Below, one piece after another: positions 24,319 through 36,260 of a stretch of 38,274 bases of DNA; positions within the stretch are counted from its first letter, which is position 1; each line of letters opens with the position of its first letter. Location of the stretch: the NCBI RefSeq assembly GCF_004010195.1, contig NC_057718.1, positions 991,389 through 1,029,662 on the forward strand, written 5' to 3'. The notes below the pieces were generated by a model, which was given only the letters and a program-made list of their open reading frames with translations, did no database searches and was not told the DNA's origin. The DNA comes from Chiloscyllium plagiosum (Eukaryota). The translations under genes were made by a program, and so were the position numbers.

Positions 24319-24650
24319 CAGTGGTTTCCAACCTTTTCGGTAATATGACATACTTTCAATGAGACAACAATTCCACAACACACCCACTGTTGTCAGCTGA
24401 ATTGATTGTTCAAATCAATAACATTTACTTGCACTAGCTATGGTTAAGGCCTTACTGGAAAGGTTTGCAACATTGTACATACAGCAAACTAAACAAGGAT
24501 CATAAGCATTAATATTTTAAATCCCTCAGCAAAAATGCAGCATCGTTAACTGTGAGCACAGATGGATTTTTAAAATCTGCTCAATTCAACTGTTTCGATC
24601 TATTCATGGATAATGGATCAGAGGAAAACACAAAGGAAATTGCAAATCAC
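24319..24650 (+). mobile_element. hAT-Charlie-like DNA transposon, left end only
   Basis: TIR-like CAGTGGTTTCCAACCTTTT directly preceded by TTCTAGAT, matching the NTCTAGAN Charlie target preference. Right end not found; right boundary approximate. Confidence 0.5.
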
Positions 24651-24654
24651 TATT

Positions 24655-24985
24655 GGGGGCCCTGATGGAGGTGAGGGGGTGGTGTTACCAGAAGGTTTTG
24701 CAGGCGAAGGTACCTGGGGGTCTGCTGGCAGGGGTGACGCGAACCAAGGACTGTTGGAGGAAATGGTCCTTGCGGAAGGCAAAGAGGGGTGGGGAGGGAA
24801 AGATGATCTTGGTGGTGGGGTGTACTTGGAAGTGGTGGAAGTGTTTGAGGATGGTGTGTTGGATGCGGAGACTGGTGGGGTGGTCGTTGGTGTGGGGGGG
24901 GGTTAGAGCAATGGAATGGGGAATGGAGGTGGTGCAGCGGAGGACTGTCTGGATGATGGAGGGAGGAAAAGCATGTTGTTCAAAA
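24655..24985 (-). mobile_element. PLE ORF fragment (RT-endonuclease linker)
   Basis: Minus strand TTKIIFPSPPLFAFRKDHFLQQSLVR..PGTFAC, a typical PLE linker motif. Confidence 0.6.
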
Positions 24986-25079
24986 CATTTTTGTCTCTAA
25001 CCTAGTGAGGTAGTTGAGCTGCCTCATTGTATGTTTTTAAGACAAAGATAGATACATTTTTGAACAGTAAAAGAATTAG

Positions 25080-26442
25080 GGCATTGTTGTCGAAGAGAAT
25101 ACTGAGGCACAAATAAGTAGAATGGATGGCTTTGAGGTATGTAGAGAAGAGGTGTTGGAAATTCTGGAAAGGGTGAAAATAGATAAGTCCCCTGGGCCTG
25201 ATGGCATTTATCCTAGGATTCTCTGGGAAGCAAGGGAGGAGATTGCAGAGCCATTGGCCTTGATTTTTATGTCCTCTTTGTCTACAGGAGTAGTGCCAGA
25301 AGACTGGAGGATAGCAAATGTGGTTCCCTTGTTCAAAAAGGGGAGTAGGGATAGCCCTAGTAACTATAGGCCAGTGAGTCTCACTTCTGTTGTGGGCAAA
25401 GTCTTAGAGAGAATTGTAAGGGATAGGATTTATGCACATCTAGATAGGAATAATGTGATCAAGGATAGTCAGCATGGTTTTGTGAAGGGCAAGTCGTGCC
25501 TCACAAACCTTATTGAATTCTTTGAAAAGGTGACGAAGGAGGTTGATGAGGGGAAAGCGGTAGATGTGGTATATATGGATTTTAGTAAGGCGTTTGATAA
25601 GGTTCCCCATGGTAGGCTACTGCAGAAAATACGGAGATATGGCATTGAGGGTGAGTTGGAGGTTTGGATTAGGAATTGGCAGGATGGAAGAAGACAGAGG
25701 GTAGTACTTGATGGCAAAGTTTCTTCATGGAGTGCCGTCACTAGCGGTGTTCCGCAAGGATCTGTTTTGGGACCATTGCTGTTTGTCATTTTTATAAATG
25801 ACCTGGAAGAGGGATTAGAAGGTTGGGTGAGCAAGTTTGCGGATGACACAAAAGTCGGAGGAGTTGTTGACAGTGAGGAAGCATGTGGCAGGTTACAGCA
25901 GGATATAGAGAAGCTGCAGAGCTGGGCAGAAAGGTGGCAGATGGAATACAATGTAGCTAAGTGCGAGGTGATTCACTTTGGGAAGAATAACAAAAAGATG
26001 GGGTACTGGGCTAATGGTCGGATACTTGGTAGTGTGGATGAGCAGAGGGATCTTGGTGTCCATGTACACAGATCTCTGAAAGTTGCCACCCAGGTAAATA
26101 GTGCGGTGAGGAAGGCATATGGCGTACTGACTTTTATTGGTAGAGGAATTGAGTTCCGGAGCCCTGAGGTCATGATGCAGTTGTATAAGACTCTGGTACG
26201 ACCGCATCTGGAATATTGTGTGCAGTTTTGGTCGCCATACTATAGGAAGGAGGTGGAGGCACTGGAACGGGTTAACAGTGGTGGACTCTCCCTCTTTATG
26301 GGCATTTAAGAGGGCATTGGATAGGTATATGGAGGATAGTGGGTTAGTGTAGTTTAGGTGGGCTTGGATCGGCGCAACATCGAGGGCCCAAGGGCCTGTA
26401 CTGCGCTGTATTCTTCTATGTTCTATGTTCTATGTTCTATGT
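25080..26442 (+). mobile_element. Young 5'-truncated CR1 with uninterrupted RT domain and a 3' internal deletion
   Basis: 395-aa ORF 25122-26309 with PGPDG, NYRPVSL, DFSKAFD, GVPQGSVLGP and FADD; (TTCTATG)4 tail; short aatta flanks. Confidence 0.93.
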
Positions 26443-26769
26443 AATTAAGAGTTATGGTGAGAGGATGGGTAAGTGGAGCTGAGTCCATGAAAAGATCAGC
26501 CATGATTTTACTGAATAATGGAGCAAACTCGAGGGGCCAGATGACCTACTCCTGCTCCTGGCTCTTCTGAATTGAGGAGAGCACCACAAATCATACTTCT
26601 CTGAGAAATCTGCTATCCTGTTGTTTTTAGGTATGCCAGTGTTGAAAATGCTAGATTGACAAGGTATGCTGTTGCAAAAGGAAAAACTATAGCAATAGCA
26701 TGGTCAGAGATTCTTGATATTCATGGCCCACAGTCAGCTAAAACTGGGGTGGGGGGGGAGGGAGGGAGG

Positions 26770-27720
26770 TTGGAATTTGTTAGGTGTGTCCAGGTTGGTG
26801 TTTTAAAACAAATATAAATAGTTCAACTAGGAAAGGGGGCTACACTAGACCTCATACTGGGAAATGAACCCAGCCAGGTGATTGAAATTACGGGAGGGAG
26901 CATTTCAGCAACAATTACCATAATTCTGTAAGCTTTAAGTTACTTATGGAGAAGGAAGGTACTAAATAGGGGAAGGCTAACTACCATAATGTTAGGCAGG
27001 AACTAGGGGGTAGCTGTTTGAGGGCTGATCCATGTCTGGCATGTTGGAATCTTTTAAGGACCAGTTGATTAGAGTTCAGGATCAACATGTTGCTGTGAAA
27101 ATGAAGGGCAAATATAGCAAGATTTTGAAACCTTAAATGCCAGGAGAAATTGAGAGCTTAGTCAAAAATGAAAAGGAGGCATAAGTAAAGTTTAGGAAAC
27201 TGAAGACAGAGCCCTCAAAGAATATAAAGGTAGCAGGTAAGAATTCAAACAAGGAATTAGGAGGGATAAAAGGGCCATGAAATGTCCTTCACAAGCACGA
27301 TTAAGGAAAATTCCCATGTGTGTTATACATATATAAGAGCAAGAGGATAGCTGGGAAAAGGGTAGGTCTATTCAAGGATAAAGGAAGGAATGATACATGT
27401 AGACGAGGAAGTGGGTGAGGTCCTTACTGAAAACCTGCCTTGGTTTTCACAAAAGATTAGGACATGGTGGATGGTGAGTCTCAGGAGTAGTAATTTGATA
27501 TTCTGGGGCATATCAATCTGAAAATAGATGTTGGGGGTTCTGACTGGCATTAACGTAGACAAGTCCCCAGGCTAAAGCTTTAAGCAAGTGGTGCAGAAAT
27601 TATTGAGACAAGATTCTTGGGGATAGTATTTATTACTGTTTGGAAAAATACAGATTTATTAGCGATAGGCAGTATGGGTTTGTGAGGAGAAGATCATGTC
27701 TCTCAAACTTGGTCTTATGG
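26770..27720 (+). mobile_element. Old CR1 ORF2 fragment
   Basis: LDLILGNEPSQV, IKEN and RSCLSNL remnants with many stops. Confidence 0.7.
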
Positions 27721-28210
27721 TTTGAGATAAAACCATTGTTTGGAATTTAGAATAGTGGGAATGGAGGTTAGGGCAGTTGAATGTTCTCCTGCAAAATGTG
27801 GGAGGTAACGGTCACCACTAGTCTTTGCTGACTTCCTCTATGGGAAGTGCACTCAACTCCAGCTCCTCGAAAACCGTGTTAGGGAACTGGAGTTGGATGA
27901 ACTTTGGATCATTCGGGAGGCAGCGGGGCTTATTGAGAGGAGTTACAAGGAGGTAGTCACACGTCAGTTGCAATAAAAAGGCAGACGGGTACAGTCAGGG
28001 GACAGAAAAGGAACCGGCAGGCAGTGGCCGTTTCCCTCAACAACAAGTGTACCATTTTGGATACTGTTGGGGGAGGATGACTTACCAGGGGTAAGCCATG
28101 GGGTACAGGTCTCTGGCACAGAGTCTGTCCCTGTTGCTCAGAAGGGAAGGGGGGTGAGGAACAGAGCATTAGTCATTGGGGACTCCATAGTTAGGGGGAC
28201 AGATAGGAGG

Positions 28211-28586
28211 TTGTTTTCATTGGAGAAAAGAAGGTTTAGGGGTGACTTGATAGAGGTGTACAAGATGATTAGGGGTTTAGATAGGGTTGACCGTGAGAAC
28301 CTTTTTCCACGTATGGAGTCAGCTATTACAAGGGGGCATAGCTTTAAATTAAGGGGTGGTAGGTATAGGACAAATGTTAGGGGTAGGTTCTTTACTCAGC
28401 AAGTCGTGAGTTCATGGAATGCCCTGCCAGTAACAGTGGTGGACTCTCCCTTTTTATGGGCATTTAAGCGGGCATTGGATAGGCATATGGAGGATAGTGG
28501 GCTAGTGTAGGTTATGTGGGCTTGGATCAGCGCAACATCGAGGGCCAAAGGGCCTGTACTGCGCTGTATTCTTCTATGTTCTATGT
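28211..28586 (+). mobile_element. Young CR1 3' fragment inserted into ORF1 of the older CR1
   Basis: LFSLEKRRFRGDLIEVYKM..WNALP sits between host GTDRR and FCG; its 3' end is near-identical to 26273-26430. Confidence 0.88.
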
Positions 28587-30137
28587 TCTGTGGGGACGAG
28601 AGAGACTCGTTGTTGGTGAGTCCCAGGTGCCAGGGTTCATGACGTCTCGGATTGTGTTTTCAGGAGGGGGAGGGGGAGCAGCTCCAAGTCGTGGTCCACA
28701 GTGGTAGGAAAGGGATGGGGGTTTAAGGCAGAAATTCAGGGAACTAGGGTGGAAGGTTGGTGCTAGAACAAACAGTTGTTATTTCTGGTTTGTTATGCGT
28801 GCCACGTGCTAGCGAGGTGAGGAATAGGGAGAAGGAGGAGTTGAACACGTGGCTACAGGGATGGTGCAGGAGGGAGGGATTTGGATTCCTGGATAATTAA
28901 GGCTCATTCTGGGGTAGGTGGGACCTCTACAAACAGAATGGTCTGCACTTGAACAGAGGGGTACCAATATCCTGGGGGACGATATTTGCAAATGCTGTTT
29001 GGGAAGGTTTAAACTAATTCAGCAGGAAGATGGGTACCTAATTTGTAGATCCAGTGTTCAGGAGGTTGAGAGTAATGAGGTCAGAATTTGAGGTTTCAAT
29101 TCCTGGAGCATCCAGAATAAGGTGAGTGAACTTGCAGCACCTGGGACTTCACTGTTGTAGCCATTTCAGAGACATGGATAGAGCAGGGACAGGAATGGTT
29201 GTTGCACGTTCCGGGATTTAGATGTTTCGGTAAGAACAGAGAAGATGGTAAAAGAGGGGGAGGTGTGGCATTGTTAGTCAAGGACAATACTACGGTGGCA
29301 GAAAGAACGTTTGAGGACTTATTTACTGGGAGGTTTCTATAGGCCTCCGAATAGTTCCAGAGATGTAGAGGAAAGGATAGCAAAGATAATTGTGGATAGA
29401 AGCGAGAGTGACAGGTAGTTGTTATGGGGGCTTTAACTTTCCAAATATTGACTGGGAATACTATAGTTCCAAGTACTTTAGGTGGGTCAGTTTTTGTCCA
29501 ATGTATGCAGGAGGGTTTCCTTACTCAGTATGTGGATGGGCCAACTAGGGGCGAGGCCACATTGGATTTGGTACTGGGGAATGAACCCGGCCAGGTGTTA
29601 GATTTGGATGTAGGTGAGCACTTTGGTGATAGTGACCAAACTTCGGTTATGTTTACTTGAGCGATGGAAAGGGATAAGTACATACCGCAGGGCAAGAATT
29701 ATTGCTGGGGGAAAGGCAATTATGATGCAATTAGGCAAGATTTAGGATGCATAGGATGGAGAAGGAAACTGCAGGGGATGGGCACAACTGAAATGTGGAG
29801 CTTATTCAAGGAACAGCTACTGCATGTGCTTGATAAGTACGTACCTGTCAGGAAGGAAGGAAGTGGTCGAGTGAGGAAGCTGTGGTGTATTAAAGAAGTT
29901 GAATCTCCTGTCAAGAGGAATAAGAAGGCTTATGTTAGGATGGGACATGAAGGCTCAGTTCAGGCACTTGAGAGTTACAGGTTAGCCAGGAAAGACCTAA
30001 AGAGAGAGATAAGAAGAGCCAGGAGGGGATATGAGAAGTCATTCACAGATAGGATAAAGGAAAACCCTCAGGCTTTTTATAAATATGTCAGGAATAAAAG
30101 AATGACTAGAGAAAGATTAGGGCCAATTAAGTACAGT

Positions 30138-30915
30138 TGTGGTTTTGTTCACCGAGCTGGGAATTTGTGTTGTAGACATTTCCTCCCCTGTCTAGGTGAC
30201 ATCCTCAGTGCTTGGGAGCCTCCTGTGGAGCGCTTCTGTGATGTTTCCTCCAGCATTTATAGTGGTTTGTCTCTGCCGCTTCCGGTTGTCAGTTCCAGCT
30301 GTCCGCTGCAGTGGCCAGACAGCCAGACTACTAGGACTCATAACAGCACACAAACCAACAGCCACTCTCAGACAACAACTCACCAGGACAAAGGACCCGA
30401 TGCCCAGCATTCGCTAAACCAATGTAGTGTACAAAAGGACTGCACAAAACACTACACAGGACAAACAGGAAGACAGCTAACAATCCATATCCACGAACAC
30501 CAACTAGCCACGAAATGACACGACCAGCTATCCTTAGTAGCCACACACGCAGATGACAAGCAACATGAGTTCGACTGGGACAACACTACTATTATAGGAC
30601 AAGCCAAACAGAGAACAGCCAGGGAATTCCTAGAGGCATGGCACTCATCCACAGATTCTATCAACAAACACATCGACCTGGACCCAATATACCGACCACT
30701 GCAGCGGACAGCTGGAACTGACAACCGGAAGTGGCAGAGACAAACCACTATAAATGCCAGAGGAAACAACACAGAAACGCTTCGCAGGAGGCTCCTAAGC
30801 ACTGAGGATGTCACCTAGACAGGGGACGAAACGTCTGCAACACAAATTCCCAGCTCGGCGAACAGAACCACAACAACGAGCACCCGAGCTACTCATAAAC
30901 TTCTCACAAACTTTG
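30138..30915 (+). mobile_element. Penelope-like element (family C): inverted arm, GIY-YIG remnant, terminal repeat and tail; 13-bp TSD
   Basis: AATTAAGTACAGT at 30125-30137 and 30916-30928. NVVYK..DCTKHYTGQTGRQL..EHQLA..HEFDWDN..REFLEAW. Arms ~30138-30316 and ~30696-30871 are inverted. Confidence 0.9.
30799..30838 (+). ncRNA. Minimal type I hammerhead ribozyme motif (family C)
   Basis: GCA-CUGAGGA-U-GUC-ACCUAGACAGGG-GAC-GAAA-CG-UC-UGC; GUC triplet (predicted cut after 30835). Confidence 0.8.
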
Positions 30916-32599
30916 AATTAAGTACAGTAGTAGGAAGTTGTGAGTGGAATCCAAAGAGATAGGAGAGGTGCTAAATGAATATTTTTCATCAGTAATTACA
31001 CAGGAAAAAGACAATGTTGTCAAGGAGAATACTGAGATACAGGCTACTAGACTAAATGGGATTGAAGTTCATAAGGAGGAGGTGTTAGCAATTCTGGAAA
31101 GTGTGAAAATAGATATGTTCCCTGGGCCGAATGGGATTTATCCTGGGATTCTCTGGGAAGCCAGGGAGGAGATTGCAGAGCCTTTGGCTTTGATCTTTAT
31201 GTCATCATTGTTGACAGGAATAGTGCCAGGAGACTGGAGGATAGTAAATGCTGTTCCCTTGTTCACGAAGGGGAGGAGAGTCAACCCTGGTAATTATAGA
31301 CCAGTGAGCCTTACTTCAGTTGGGGGTAAAGTGTTGGAAAAGGTGATAAGTGATAGGATTTATAATCATCTAGAAAGGAATAAGTTGATTAGGAATAGTC
31401 AACAGAGTTTTGTGAAGAGTAGGTCGTGCCTCTCAAACTTTATTGAGTCCTTTGAGAAGGTGACTAAACAGGTTGATGCGGTATATATGGATTTCAGTAA
31501 GGCATTTGATAAGGTTCCCCATGGTAGGCTATTGCATAAAATATGGAGGCATGGGATTGAGGGTGAATTAGTGGTTTGGATCAGAAATTGGCTAGTTGAA
31601 AGAAGACAGGGTGGTGGTTGATGGGAAATGTTCATCCTGGAGTTCCGTTACTAGTGGAGTACGGCAAGGATCTGTTTTGGGGCCACTGCTGTTTGTCATT
31701 TTTATAAATGACCCAGATGTGGACTTAGAAGGATGGGTTAGTAAATTTGCGGATGACACTACGGTCGGTGGCATTGTGGATAATACTGAACGATGTTGCA
31801 GGTTACAGAGGGACATAGAAAAGCTGCAGAACTGGGCTGAGAGGTGGCAAATGGAGTTTAATGTGGAAAATGTGAAGTGATTCACTTTGGAAGGAGCAAC
31901 AAGAATAGTGTACTGGGCTAATGGTAAGATTCTTGGTAGTGTAGATGAGCAGAGATCTCGATGTCCGTGCACATAGATCCCTGAAAGTTGCCACCCAGGT
32001 TGATAGGGTTGTTAAGAAGGCATACGATGTGCTAGTTTTTATTGGTAGAGGGATTGAGTTTCAGAACTATGAGGTCATGCTGCAGTTGTACAAAACTCTG
32101 GTGCGGCTGCACTTGGAGTATTGTGTACAGTTCTGGTCACCGCATTATAGGAAGGATGTGGAAGCTTTGGAAAGGATTCAGAGGACACTTACTGGGATGT
32201 TGCTTGGTATGGAGGGAAGTTTGTATGAGAAAAGGCTGAGGGACTTGAGGCTGTTTTTGTTGAGAGGTGATTTAATTGAGAGAGGGTTAGATAGGGTGCA
32301 AAGTGAGAGCCTTTTTCCTCGGATGATGATGGCCAGCATGAGGGGACATAGCTTTAAATTGAAGGGTGATAGATATAGGACAGATGTCAGAGGTAGTTTC
32401 TTTACTCAGAGTAGTAAGGGCATGGAAAGGCCTGCCTTCAACAGTAGTAGACTCACCAACTTTAAGGGCATTTTAATGGGTAATGGATAGGCATATGGAT
32501 GAGAATGGAATAGTGTAGGTTAGATAGGCTTCAGATTGGTTCCACAGGTCAGCGCAACATTGAGGGCCTGTACCTCACTGTAATGTTCTATGTTCTAAA

Positions 32600-33600
32600 A
32601 GTACATGGGATCTGGGTAACTTGGCAAATTAATTACAGTATTGGTTTACTAGTCAGAGACAGAGGGTGGCAGTAGAAGACTGTGTGATTGATGGCGGTGT
32701 GTGATTGAAGGCTGGTGCACACTAATGTGTCACTGTGATTAGTGCTGAGTTGTTTGTTCATGATATTCACAAAAAATACAAAAGAAAATGTGAGACGGAT
32801 GATAAATCAGTTTGTGGATTACATGAGGATTGGCCACGTGATTGACCATGAGGAAGTTACAGGAGGACACAGATTGGTTGGTCAGGTTGGCAGGTCAGTG
32901 GCAAATGGAATTTAATTCTTAAATGTGAAGTAGTAACAAGATGAGAGAATGCAAGGCACTAGGCAACTCGGAGGAACATAAGGGTCTTAAGATCCTTCTA
33001 CACAGATTCCTGAAAGTGGCAGGACAGGTGAATAAGGAGGTTAAGAAAGCATATGAGATGTGCCTTTATCAGTCACAGCATAGATTATGGGAGCAGGGAG
33101 ATTATGTTGAAGCTATACAGGCCACAGCTGGAGTTACTAATTGCAGTGGAGGTGGGTACAGAAGAGATTCACTGGGGTGTGGCTTGGGATGGAATGGCTT
33201 CACTTTGTGGAGGCTGGATAAGATCAGGTTGTTTTCTTTAGAGCAGAGAAGGCTGAGAGGGGACCTGATTGAGGAATATAAGATTGAGGGGGCATGGATC
33301 AGGTGGATATAAAGCAGCTGTCCCCTTAGTTGACAGGTCAGTAACAAGGGAACATAATTTTAAGGTGAAAGGCAGGAGGTTCAGAAGGGATTTGAGGAAA
33401 AGAATTTTCACCGAGGTTGGTGGTAATCTAGTATGCACTGCCTGTGAGAGTAGTGGAGGTGGGAAATCTCTCAACTTTTAAAAAGTACGTGGATGAACAC
33501 TTGAAGTGTCATAACATGAAAGCTATGGGCCAAGTGCTGGACAGTGGGATTGTTTGAATAGACATGGTGGGTTAAATTGCCAACTTTTGCACTGTAACAT
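32600..33600 (+). mobile_element. Old CR1 3' fragment just upstream of the last CENPO exon
   Basis: WQMEFN, LKVAGQV..VKKAY, LFSLEQRRLRGDLIE. Confidence 0.75.
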
Positions 33601-33676
33601 TTCTGAGATTCAGAGAGTGAAAAGTGCAAGGGTTTATATATGTCTTTCTCACTGTAACTGCCTTACTTTGCACCAG

Positions 33677-33843
33677 CAGAAGATTCAGAATCCATGAGGA
33701 CAAAGTTAGAAAGTCATCAGCAACTCTTCCAAAACATGGAGCTTCACCGAGTATTTAACAGCTTGAAGATGCAACAAGAAGCAGTTGTATCAAGCAGCTG
33801 TCTCTCTGCAGTACACAGTTCAGCCAGTCCTTCCAGTCACTGA
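33677..33843 (+). CDS. CENPO: Centromere protein O, last coding exon (not in ORF track)
   Basis: Pyrimidine tract then caccag|CA. Phase 1 gives AEDSESMRTKLESHQQLFQNMELHRVFNSLKMQQEAVVSSSCLSAVHSSASPSSH* (TGA 33841-33843). SHQQLF...LHRVFNSL matches CENP-O SHETLF...LHQVFASF. Confidence 0.9.
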
Positions 33844-33931
33844 GTGCTACAGCCTTCAACTACCACGTTACAAAAGAGGCTATGGAACAGGACGCAAATA
33901 GGATTGATCTTGAAGTTCTGAATTATTCCTT

Positions 33932-33937
33932 AATAAA
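33932..33937 (+). promoter_or_regulatory. Candidate polyadenylation signal of CENPO (further AATAAA at 34482 and 34822)
   Basis: AATAAA about 90 nt after the stop codon, followed by T-rich sequence. Confidence 0.5.
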
Positions 33938-34949
33938 ACAGATGACTGATTCTGTATTAACCACTTTATATCTCTTGTTCAAACTGGAATAAGGGTCAGC
34001 TTTTGTGAAGGGGATGTTGCAAGAGTTTTCAACAGAAAGGTTCAAAAGTCATTCCAGATATTTGAGCACATAATTCAGGCAGTGCTTGTAGAGAGGAATA
34101 GCCACCCTATTGGAGGGGGTGTACTGAGGGCAATACTCAGCTGCTGGAGAATTAGTACTAAGGGAGTGCTGCACTGTCCAGCAGAGTTGGAGCAGACAAG
34201 GGCTATTTCACCTATTGAATCTATTTCACCATTCAGTGATAATCCCCAAATCATTTTTACCGTTTTAACTGGACTCACTGGTAGCTCTTGGTTTCGTCAT
34301 GGTGTGACTCCCAGTTAAATGAAATAGGAATGAAATATCTGACAATCGATAGGTTTATAGCACTTACTGGTCTTATCAGTTGATCATATTGCCTGCTTTC
34401 TCTGCTGCAATGATGTACGTGCCTTTGTTTCAACTGTTTATTCATTGGCACCGCTGAGATGACTGCTCCCCTCCTCAGTTCAATAAATAGTATGGTTCAA
34501 ACCTACAAGTATTTTAACTAAGAATTGTCGAGGTTATAACAGGCAAGGATTGTTCCATTCTAAGTTGGTGGAATAATTTAATAGAGGCTTTACAAAGCTT
34601 GTACAGTGATGTTTGGTTTGGAGAAGGTGACTGATATTCTTCCTTTCCCCATCTCACTTTACCATAACAGGAAATGGCTCTGGATCTGTAATCCCTGACT
34701 TTGGGATCCTTAGTGTGACCCTTTCAAACTAGGTCAGTAACATTTCCAAATGCAGGTTTCCCGCAAAATAGGCTGAGGTTCCCTCATGCTAGACACAACA
34801 CCACTTTGTTTGTGGGGTGCTAATAAACGCACTCATTAAATGAAAGCAATTTTATCTATCAGTCATTGAAATAATTAAACATTCAAACCACTGTTGAAAC
34901 AGATTCGACACCAGCCTCACTGAGGACCTTACACACTAATTTTGACCGG

Positions 34950-35135
34950 GAGTCAGTTTAGCTGAATACACAGTGACACCAACAGTGTGGGTTCAACTCC
35001 CATACTAGCTGAGGGTTACCATTCTCCTTCTCAACCTCTTTCCTCACCTGAAGCATGATGACCCTCAGGTTAAACTGCAACAGTCATGTTTCTCTAATGA
35101 GAGAGCAGCCCCATGATTTGGTAATTTTACTTTTA
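34950..35135 (+). mobile_element. Decayed tRNA-type SINE
   Basis: B-box-like GGTTCAACTCC and a T-rich tail tttactttt. Confidence 0.4.
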
Positions 35136-36225
35136 CACTAATTCTGATAGTTCCCATTACACTTTTGTAATCAGAAATTTCTTTGGCCAAAACCATCTCA
35201 GTATCACCAAAAACTCAGATTTGCAGTTACTGCATTTAAACCACCACCACCAACTCTACACTACAGATTTCACTTATAATCTTATGACCTGCTCAAAGTT
35301 TGAATGAACGTTTTGCATAACCCCAAATGTTTTCATTCTTTTGGCCTCTCCACCTATTGCTTATTCCTGCTTATCCCAACTCATCCTAAATCAACACTAA
35401 ACTCTCACCCCAGGCTCCCCTTCATCCACAATACTCAATAATTTTATCTGATTACTTTCTGTCCTTGGATTCCAAAGTGATGATGTCTATTCTCTATCCA
35501 GAGGAGAGAATAACTAGCAACAGAAACAGGTGTGAAATTGTTCAGCACCAGGCTTAATTGTTTAAAAACCTGGCACTCTTTAAACAGCGGGTGTCTTCTA
35601 GGTTCCTGATCANNNNNNNNNNNNNNNNNNNNNNNNNNNNNNNNNNNNNNNNNNNNNNNNNNNNNNNNNNNNNNNNNNNNNNNNNNNNNNNNNNNNNNNN
35701 NNNNNNNNNNNNNNNNNNNNNNNNNNNNNNNNNNNNNNNNNNNNNNNNNNNNNNNNNNNNNNNNNNNNNNNNNNNNNNNNNNNNNNNNNNNNNNNNNNNN
35801 NNNNNNNNNNNNNNNNNNNNNNNNNNNNNNNNNNNNNNNNNNNNNNNNNNNNNNNNNNNNNNNNNNNNNNNNNNNNNNNNNNNNNNNNNNNNNNNNNNNN
35901 NNNNNNNNNNNNNNNNNNNNNNNNNNNNNNNNNNNNNNNNNNNNNNNNNNNNNNNNNNNNNNNNNNNNNNNNNNNNNNNNNNNNNNNNNNNNNNNNNNNN
36001 NNNNNNNNNNNNNNNNNNNNNNNNNNNNNNNNNNNNNNNNNNNNNNNNNNNNNNNNNNNNNNNNNNNNNNNNNNNNNNNNNNNNNNNNNNNNNNNNNNNN
36101 NNNNNNNNNNNNCCTTCAACCCCACTAATCTCTGGATACAGCGTATTATCCTCCATCATTTCCACCACCTACAATCAGACCCCATCAGTTTCCCTCACAC
36201 GTGATCAACAATGCCCTCGTGATAT

Positions 36226-36260
36226 CACCTGATGAAGGAGCGACGCTCCGAAAGCTAGTG
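36226..36260 (+). ncRNA. Minimal hammerhead ribozyme motif (family B)
   Basis: CAC-CUGAUGA-A-GGAGC-GAC-GCUCC-GAAA-GC-UA-GUG. Confidence 0.75.

Larger units (their letters stand above)
27760..32597 (+). mobile_element. Near-full-length CR1 LINE, decayed, hosting two nested insertions
   Basis: ORF1 LVIGDSIVRG; APE ISETW; RT YMDFSKAFDKVPH and FADDT; tail atgttctatgttct. Paralogous to 17222-21876. Confidence 0.9.

Noticed and set aside
24613..25000. Gly/Glu-rich plus-strand ORFs
   Set aside because: They are antisense readings of a minus-strand PLE fragment.
26261..26290. CR1 internal deletion as a spliced-out GT-AG intron
   Set aside because: The junction reads GAACGGGT|TAACAG and retains the GT, so it is not a clean splice product.
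28067..28510. Esterase-RT C-terminus fusion ORF
   Set aside because: It is produced by a nested CR1 3' fragment; the host ORF1 continues after 28586.
29664..30518. CR1-GIY-YIG chimeric ORF (284 aa) as a novel hybrid retroelement
   Set aside because: It is chance read-through across a PLE insertion delimited by a 13-bp TSD; CR1 ORF2 resumes after 30928.
35554..36232. Long ORFs in the track
   Set aside because: They are artefacts of the N gap; the same applies at 5670-6119 and 18038-18600.
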